A DNA stretch of 64,000 nucleotides from Octopus vulgaris. Taxonomy: Eukaryota. Shown in pieces: positions 61,401-64,000 of the stretch. The stretch covers positions 73,842,001 to 73,906,000 of the forward strand of contig OX597826.1 of NCBI GenBank assembly GCA_951406725.2, in the 5' to 3' direction. How positions within the stretch are numbered: the stretch's first letter is position 1; every line of letters begins with the position of its first letter. The position numbers were made by a program, and so were the translations under genes. Below the pieces are notes generated by a model, which saw only the letters and a program-made list of their open reading frames with translations, was not told where the DNA came from and searched no databases.

Positions 61401-63941
61401 CCTTCTGACATTTGAATATTCCTCTGACAATCATTACAGAATTCTCTCCCTTTATTTTGATCAACTGATCGTTTCAGAAAAACTTTCTCTTAATCTTTTA
61501 TCTCTTTTTAAAAATTTTTCCTTTCTAATTCGTGATTCAGATCCAATGCAAATGCAGTATGTGCAAGGTATGAACTACGCAGTAAACCAGCCTTATATGA
61601 ACCAACAGTTTAACATGATGCAGAATATGCAAAATATGTACATGATGCAACAACAGATGCAGAACCAGCCTGTTATCAGTCTACGTTCACCAGATATACA
61701 CAATATTGCACAAAGAGTTAAAGCATTAGTAAGCCCCTCTTTTTTTTTTTTTTTAACACTTGTTTATTCATTTTAACTTCATTTTTGACCTGGCCCTGTG
61801 TACCAGATGCTGTTCAGGCTATATATGGCACAGGAGTATCACGTACTATATGGTGTTCAAAAAGTCTCTCTGCAGTAGTTATTTCATTACAAAGATGGTA
61901 TAAGATTACAAAAGAATATATTAGATTTTACAAGACTTTACAAACTTTATAAGAGGTGCTGAAAGTCTTGTCCTTCATCTTCAACTTTTTTACTGCCGTG
62001 TGAGCACTTCCTAGGCTGATATTTGCAGGATGAAAAAATTCACTGCGGAGAGACTTTTTGAACACCTTGTATTATATGGCATTGTGCCAGGTGCTGTACA
62101 ACACTTACATTTACCACAGTGAGGTTTTGTATCATGATTATACGGGTATTTTAAAAATTTTCATTCAATAAATAATGAATTACGTATACATTAATATAAT
62201 ACACTGTCGGTTTTCCAAATAGCGAATGAAAACTTAAAAGAGAAAGTGAGAGACTTCGCAAATGAGAATGGAATACTCCGCAGTGAATGCAATAAATGTT
62301 TAAATTTGTGAATTGGATGCAGTGAATACGATGAATATTTAAATTTGAGAGAAATTGGAGTTTGAAAAATTTCAAGAAACTTGAGAAATCGATATTATAG
62401 GAAATTTCTTAGAATTTGAATTAATAAAAATATTTCCAGCCAGTGCTGCCTGACTGGCTCTCGCGCTGATAGCACGTAAAAAGCACCGTTAGAGCATGGT
62501 CGATGCCAGCGCCAGCTGACTGGCCCTCGTGCTGGTGGCACGTAAAAAGCACCCAATAACTCTCGGAGTGGTTGGCATTAGGAAGGGCATCCAGCTGTAG
62601 AAACACTGCCAGATCAGATTGGAGTCTGGTGCAGCCTTCTGGCTTGCTGGCTCTCAGTCAAACCATCCAACCCATGCCAGCATGGAAAGCAGATGTTAAA
62701 CAATGTTGACGATGGTGATGACTTCTCATTTGGAAGTTATAGATATAGAGTGGAGGCACGTGGCCGAGTAGCCTGAGTGTTGCATTTACAATAAAAAATC
62801 ATGGTTTCAATTCCTAAGCAGTTGATGCCTTATGTTCTTGTGCTAAACTCCAATCCACTTAGCTGCAAATAAGTAACCCAGTGGCAGACTGCTGGCATTC
62901 TGTTCAAGGGCATTGTGACCAGTGGTGTATAACAACATTTGATAGTCTGATTGCTTCTCTGATGTATATATGTTCATTTGACCAGTTAGTCAGTTGATAA
63001 AAATTGGTTCATAAATGCAGCCAAATGTATATTTGAAACAGCTGTAAGCTATAATAAATAATGTATATAACCTATTATTTCTGTCTATTCTATATATATA
63101 TATATGTGTGTGTGTGTGTAGGAGTAGCTGTGTGGTAAGTAGCTTGCTTACCAACCCCATTTCCAGGTTCAGTTCCACTGCCTGGCACTTTTGGCGAGTG
63201 TCTTGTACTATAACTTCGGGCCAACCAAAACCTTGTGAGTGGATTTGGTAGACGGAGACCAAAAGGAGCCTGTCATATATATATATATATATATACATGC
63301 ACACACACACACTCATGTGTGTGTGTTTGTTTCTCTGAATAAAAACTTGTGGTTGTGTTTGAAATGATCCTCTACAGTTTGATTGTAAATGTCACAATGT
63401 TAAACTGTTTTTTGAAGAATGCAGTGAAGTGGAAGTTATTACATTACTTCAATGTTTCTCTTTTCCTCAGTATCCAAATCTCACCCATGATCAGTTCCAA
63501 ATGAAAGTTCATGAAGTCATGCGAGCCCAAATAAATCAACAAATAGACATGCAGCAAAGACAGGTAAGGCAAAGCACGATTCCCTCCAAGATAATCAATG
63601 CATTTGTATCGATGAATACCTGCTGTAATTACTGTCAGTGTTGTATGTTATCGGTTGTTGTAACTAATGTCTTGTTGTTTTCTGGTGAATTGCAGGTCCA
63701 GGAACAGTTGAAGAGAGAAATGGCCAGAAACAGACAGATGAAGGCTCAAATAGCCCGTCAGTTTGATCAATATCAATCTCCACAAAGAATGATTTCACCT
63801 ATGGTTCATGGTGCCAATATGATGCCAACACAGGGAGGGTCAATGGCTGGAGAAGCTGGAGTCCAGAATTCTGCTTCGGCAACTGCCAACCATCAACTGA
63901 TGAATATGCTTCAGCAGGGTAGCGTCCCTGGGTCTCAATAA
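19222..63941 (+). CDS. ATRX: Transcriptional regulator ATRX (ADD domain + SNF2-family helicase), 31 coding exons, ~2353 aa
   Basis: Exons join in frame through GT-AG introns with matching phases. The product has an ADD domain (CTAC...[12 protein letters not shown]...[35 protein letters not shown]), a long acidic/basic disordered region, SNF2 motifs [47 protein letters not shown], and an ATRX-type HEHDSLL..LTEEERK.AW tail. The first two exons are less certain. Confidence 0.97.
21131..21165 (+). CDS. ATRX: ATRX exon 2, 35-nt microexon ([11 protein letters not shown])
   Basis: Long pyrimidine tract, tttag| ... ag|gtaatt; phase 0-2 bridges exons 1 and 3. Confidence 0.62.
21731..21951. mobile_element. 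piggyBac-type MITE family 1
   Basis: TTAA TSDs, CCCTTTAG/CTAAAGGG TIRs. Confidence 0.9.
22376..22630 (-). mobile_element. SINE-like family C
   Basis: Reverse-complement copy; others (-) at about 6335-6474, 12083-12233, 18278-18510, 26678-26961, 27944-28037. Confidence 0.85.
22981..23201. mobile_element. piggyBac-type MITE family 1
   Basis: TTAA TSDs; colinear with 21731-21951. Confidence 0.88.
23308..23504 (+). CDS. ATRX: ATRX exon 3 (NCSSLDKKP...RSHSPE)
   Basis: ttccag| and g|gtaaac; Ser/Glu-rich ORF 23228-23521; phase 2-1. Confidence 0.82.
23695..23778 (+). CDS. ATRX: ATRX exon 4 ([27 protein letters not shown])
   Basis: ttgcag| and t|gtaagt; 84 nt, phase 1-1, open frame. Confidence 0.75.
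23937..24112 (-). mobile_element. tRNA-derived SINE family D (older)
   Basis: Minus strand TGGCCTAGTGGTTAGGG..GGTTCGATTCCC, then TTGCTTCAGTCCACTCAGCTG; relics at about 26130-26300, 37110-37235, 62750-62920. Confidence 0.7.
25261..25418. repeat. 26-bp minisatellite, ~6 units
   Basis: Unit GTTGCATCTGTTGTATGGTATGCAGG at 25273, 25299, 25325, 25351, 25377, partial 25403. Confidence 0.97.
25451..25566 (+). CDS. ATRX: ATRX exon 5, ADD GATA-like finger ([10 protein letters not shown]...[11 protein letters not shown])
   Basis: Matches the ADD CTAC/HPxLxVLIC pattern; tttag| and aag|gtatgt. Confidence 0.93.
26570..27200 (-). mobile_element. RTE-clade LINE 3' remnant, split by a family C SINE
   Basis: Minus-strand peptides [55 protein letters not shown]. 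Confidence 0.8.
27281..27464 (+). CDS. ATRX: ATRX exon 6, ADD PHD finger
   Basis: KCYKYY...[37 protein letters not shown]; caacag| and g|gtaaga. Confidence 0.97.
28103..28325. mobile_element. piggyBac-type MITE family 1, diverged
   Basis: Colinear with 21731-21951. Confidence 0.75.
28380..30833 (+). CDS. ATRX: ATRX exon 7, 2454-nt exon: end of ADD plus charged low-complexity region
   Basis: 828-aa ORF beginning [11 protein letters not shown]; ttgcag| and g|gttagt; phase 1-1. Confidence 0.96.
31040..31383 (+). mobile_element. SINE-like family C with internal tandem subrepeats
   Basis: Colinear with 1500-1711; others (+) at about 13315-13570, 55993-56248, 59897-60172, 62440-62720. Confidence 0.85.
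31992..32472 (-). mobile_element. Tandem pair of SINE family M
   Basis: Two copies separated and flanked by three identical ATTGGCTGTAATATATAT repeats. Confidence 0.9.
32838..33137 (+). CDS. ATRX: ATRX exon 8 (contains [12 protein letters not shown])
   Basis: ctttag| and g|gtttgt; 300 nt, phase 1-1. Confidence 0.9.
33214..33613 (+). mobile_element. Full-length tRNA-derived SINE (family B, resembling octopus OR-type SINEs)
   Basis: Head GGCGCAGGAGTGGCTGTGTGGTAAG..GGTTCAGTCCC, internal (TA)/(TG) microsatellite, (AAGAGT) tail; many copies in the window. Confidence 0.9.
33659..33750 (+). CDS. ATRX: ATRX exon 9
   Basis: tttacag| and gaa|gttagt; phase 1-0; acidic Ser-rich. Confidence 0.85.
35466..36060 (-). 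pseudogene. Fossil mariner transposase (C-terminal DDD region)
   Basis: Minus-strand frames give [41 protein letters not shown] (mariner HPxYSPDLAPSDY) and HNALYFE, with stops and frameshifts. Confidence 0.85.
36623..36740 (+). CDS. ATRX: ATRX exon 10
   Basis: ctgcag| and cag|gtatct; phase 0-1; [19 protein letters not shown]... Confidence 0.87.
36860..37016 (+). CDS. ATRX: ATRX exon 11 ([11 protein letters not shown])
   Basis: caccag| and aa|gtaagt; phase 1-2; resembles vertebrate RLLRHKL. Confidence 0.9.
38246..38522 (+). CDS. ATRX: ATRX exon 12, acidic and poly-Lys tracts, KRRKRIK
   Basis: attag| and gat|gtaagt; phase 2-0. Confidence 0.9.
38750..39167. repeat. Compound (TA)n/(CA)n/(CATA)n microsatellite field
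   Basis: Direct reading. Confidence 0.9.
39168..39379. mobile_element. Tc1/mariner MITE
   Basis: TA TSDs, ~29-bp imperfect TIR CAGTGTGGCCCAAAAGTA... Confidence 0.85.
39551..39935 (+). mobile_element. SINE family B
   Basis: Colinear with 33214-33613. Confidence 0.9.
40760..40912 (+). CDS. ATRX: ATRX exon 13 ([13 protein letters not shown]...EEERRKR)
   Basis: Conserved pre-helicase motif; ttgcag| and aaa|gtaagc. Confidence 0.95.
41097..41241 (+). CDS. ATRX: ATRX exon 14 (KLKPHQVE, Q motif)
   Basis: cctcag| and g|gtaaaa; phase 0-1. Confidence 0.95.
41367..41476 (+). CDS. ATRX: ATRX exon 15, helicase motif I (AHCMGLGKT)
   Basis: Walker A; tatag| and tct|gtgagt. Confidence 0.97.
41578..41715 (+). 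CDS. ATRX: ATRX exon 16, motif Ia ([12 protein letters not shown])
   Basis: AAG acceptor after a long T tract; atg|gtaaat. Confidence 0.94.
41957..42162. mobile_element. piggyBac-type MITE family 1, nested in an older copy (from ~41778)
   Basis: TTAA TSDs and TIRs. Confidence 0.88.
43484..43661 (+). CDS. ATRX: ATRX exon 17 ([14 protein letters not shown])
   Basis: ttttag| and g|gtaagt. Confidence 0.96.
44401..44538 (+). CDS. ATRX: ATRX exon 18, motifs II (DEGH) and III (TGTP)
   Basis: [14 protein letters not shown]...[12 protein letters not shown]; tttcag| and t|gtaagt. Confidence 0.97.
46689..46864 (+). CDS. ATRX: ATRX exon 19 ([14 protein letters not shown]...GCVQ)
   Basis: tttcag| and cag|gtaaga. 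Confidence 0.97.
47484..47726 (+). CDS. ATRX: ATRX exon 20 ([15 protein letters not shown]...IWSHPW)
   Basis: tttcag| and aaa|gtaagt. Confidence 0.96.
48003..48222. mobile_element. piggyBac-type MITE family 1
   Basis: TTAA TSDs and TIRs. Confidence 0.9.
48775..48995. mobile_element. piggyBac-type MITE family 1 (opposite orientation), inside a hAT-like MITE
   Basis: Reverse complement of 48003-48222; right end eroded. Confidence 0.8.
49300..49484 (+). CDS. ATRX: ATRX exon 21 ([10 protein letters not shown], helicase insert)
   Basis: tttcag| and gg|gtgagg; phase 0-2. Confidence 0.92.
49955..50320 (-). mobile_element. SINE-like family C
   Basis: High-identity reverse complement of 55993-56248 and 13315-13570. 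Confidence 0.85.
50925..51145. mobile_element. piggyBac-type MITE family 1 (opposite orientation)
   Basis: TTAA TSDs; very similar to the reverse complement of 21731-21951. Confidence 0.88.
51290..51357 (+). CDS. ATRX: ATRX exon 22 ([13 protein letters not shown])
   Basis: tttcag| and g|gtgagt; phase 2-1; resembles vertebrate EVIKVWNSRSRGG. Confidence 0.92.
52515..52677 (+). CDS. ATRX: ATRX exon 23 (EWWSEYL...[21 protein letters not shown])
   Basis: CAGCAG tandem acceptor; gt|gtaagt; phase 1-2. Confidence 0.95.
54003..54144 (+). CDS. ATRX: ATRX exon 24, motif IV ([17 protein letters not shown])
   Basis: ttttag| and aag|gtaaat. Confidence 0.96.
54784..54923 (+). CDS. ATRX: ATRX exon 25 (DYFRLDGST...FND)
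   Basis: ttttag| and ag|gtaaag. Confidence 0.96.
56990..57270 (-). mobile_element. RTE-clade LINE 3' remnant
   Basis: Minus-strand [11 protein letters not shown] and WVKK resemble RTE RRLRWYGHV..WVKK. Confidence 0.6.
57293..57512. mobile_element. piggyBac-type MITE family 2 (opposite orientation)
   Basis: TTAA TSDs, CCCTTTCGTTACC TIR. Confidence 0.9.
57715..57892 (+). CDS. ATRX: ATRX exon 26, motifs V and VI
   Basis: [45 protein letters not shown]; ttgcag| and cag|gtcagt. Confidence 0.98.
58010..58195 (+). CDS. ATRX: ATRX exon 27 ([12 protein letters not shown]...PILPK)
   Basis: ttacag| and aag|gtagga. Confidence 0.97.
58268..58340 (+). pseudogene. tRNA-like SINE head (not a functional tRNA)
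   Basis: TGGCGTAGTGG A box, GTTCGATTCC B box, GGG-CTACTAA-CCC anticodon-like arm; acceptor stem does not pair. Confidence 0.75.
58402..58447 (+). ncRNA. Minimal type I hammerhead ribozyme (canonical CUGAUGA), stem III palindrome mutated
   Basis: GACAC-CTGATGA-A-GGCTG[10 nt]CAGCC-GAA-ACAT-T-GTGTT. Confidence 0.8.
58543..58940 (-). mobile_element. SINE family B, diverged
   Basis: Reverse-complement match; further fragments at about 11066-11400, 11650-12032, 27600-28085, 40478-40628, 63120-63290. Confidence 0.8.
59112..59424. mobile_element. Penelope-like inverted pseudo-LTR insertion
   Basis: ~120-bp inverted arms 59112-59234/59245-59363 plus a 3' extension; 12-bp TSD TATATAGGATTT/TATATACGATTT; inserted in a hAT MITE. 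Confidence 0.65.
59238..59274 (+). ncRNA. Degenerate minimal hammerhead, U3:A8 variant (mirror copy on - strand 59204-59235)
   Basis: Consensus of the two arms: CTA-TTGAAAA-G-GTTGC AAGAC GCAA(T)-GAA-AATT-T-TAG; neither arm is intact alone. Confidence 0.5.
59665..59830 (+). CDS. ATRX: ATRX exon 28 ([24 protein letters not shown])
   Basis: ctgcag| and a|gtgagt. Confidence 0.96.
60353..60671 (+). repeat. Intragenic duplication of two ATRX intron segments
   Basis: 60353-60478 matches 46867-46995; 60518-60671 matches 44741-44894. Confidence 0.9.
60672..60863. mobile_element. pogo/Tigger-like transposon right end
   Basis: Ends GATAATCGAGGGATTACTG-TA; no matching left TIR found. Confidence 0.55.
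60925..61336 (-). mobile_element. Two adjacent/nested SINE family M copies
   Basis: Reverse complement of 5292-5512; younger copy at 61089-61336. Confidence 0.85.
61541..61728 (+). CDS. ATRX: ATRX exon 29, Gln/Met/Asn-rich
   Basis: attcag| and tta|gtaagc; phase 1-0. Confidence 0.88.
61849..62069. mobile_element. Tc1/mariner MITE
   Basis: TA TSDs, TIR GGTGTTCAAAAAGTCTCTC.GCAGT. Confidence 0.88.
63471..63563 (+). CDS. ATRX: ATRX exon 30
   Basis: cctcag| and cag|gtaagg; phase 0-0. Confidence 0.86.
63696..63941 (+). CDS. ATRX: ATRX last coding exon 31, ending in TAA
   Basis: ttgcag|GTC...GSQ TAA (63939-63941). Confidence 0.82.
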   Translation, partial: VQEQLKREMARNRQMKAQIARQFDQYQSPQRMISPMVHGANMMPTQGGSMAGEAGVQNSASATANHQLMNMLQQGSVPGSQ

Positions 63942-64000
63942 ACAAGATTTAGGTGGGGATTAGAGAATCAGCTCTTGCTTTCTTCCCCCCGCAAGTTGAA

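Overview
AT-rich, repeat-dense eukaryotic genomic DNA, most likely from an octopus (inferred from the SINE families). The window holds one large + strand gene, ATRX (ADD zinc-finger domain plus SNF2 helicase). I assembled it by hand into 31 phase-consistent GT-AG coding exons (19222-63941; 7062 nt, about 2353 aa). The introns and the upstream 19 kb are filled with tRNA-derived SINEs, piggyBac/hAT/Tc1-mariner MITEs, RTE LINE remnants and a fossil mariner transposase. The most notable non-obvious signal is three unrelated short insertions, each carrying a minimal (short-stem-III, Penelope-type) hammerhead ribozyme. Their core 3:8 base pair covaries: C3:G8 at 58402, G3:C8 at 9745, and U3:A8 at about 59238 (the last reconstructed from two degenerate arms). 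One of them is a TSD-flanked chimera of a tRNA Pol III head and a hammerhead tail, i.e. a candidate Penelope-mobilised SINE. Also seen: a patchwork insertion copied from two other ATRX introns, a stop-free in-frame last intron, and short motifs in the disordered region that match human ATRX as I recall it. All homology calls come from reading and memory, not from database searches.
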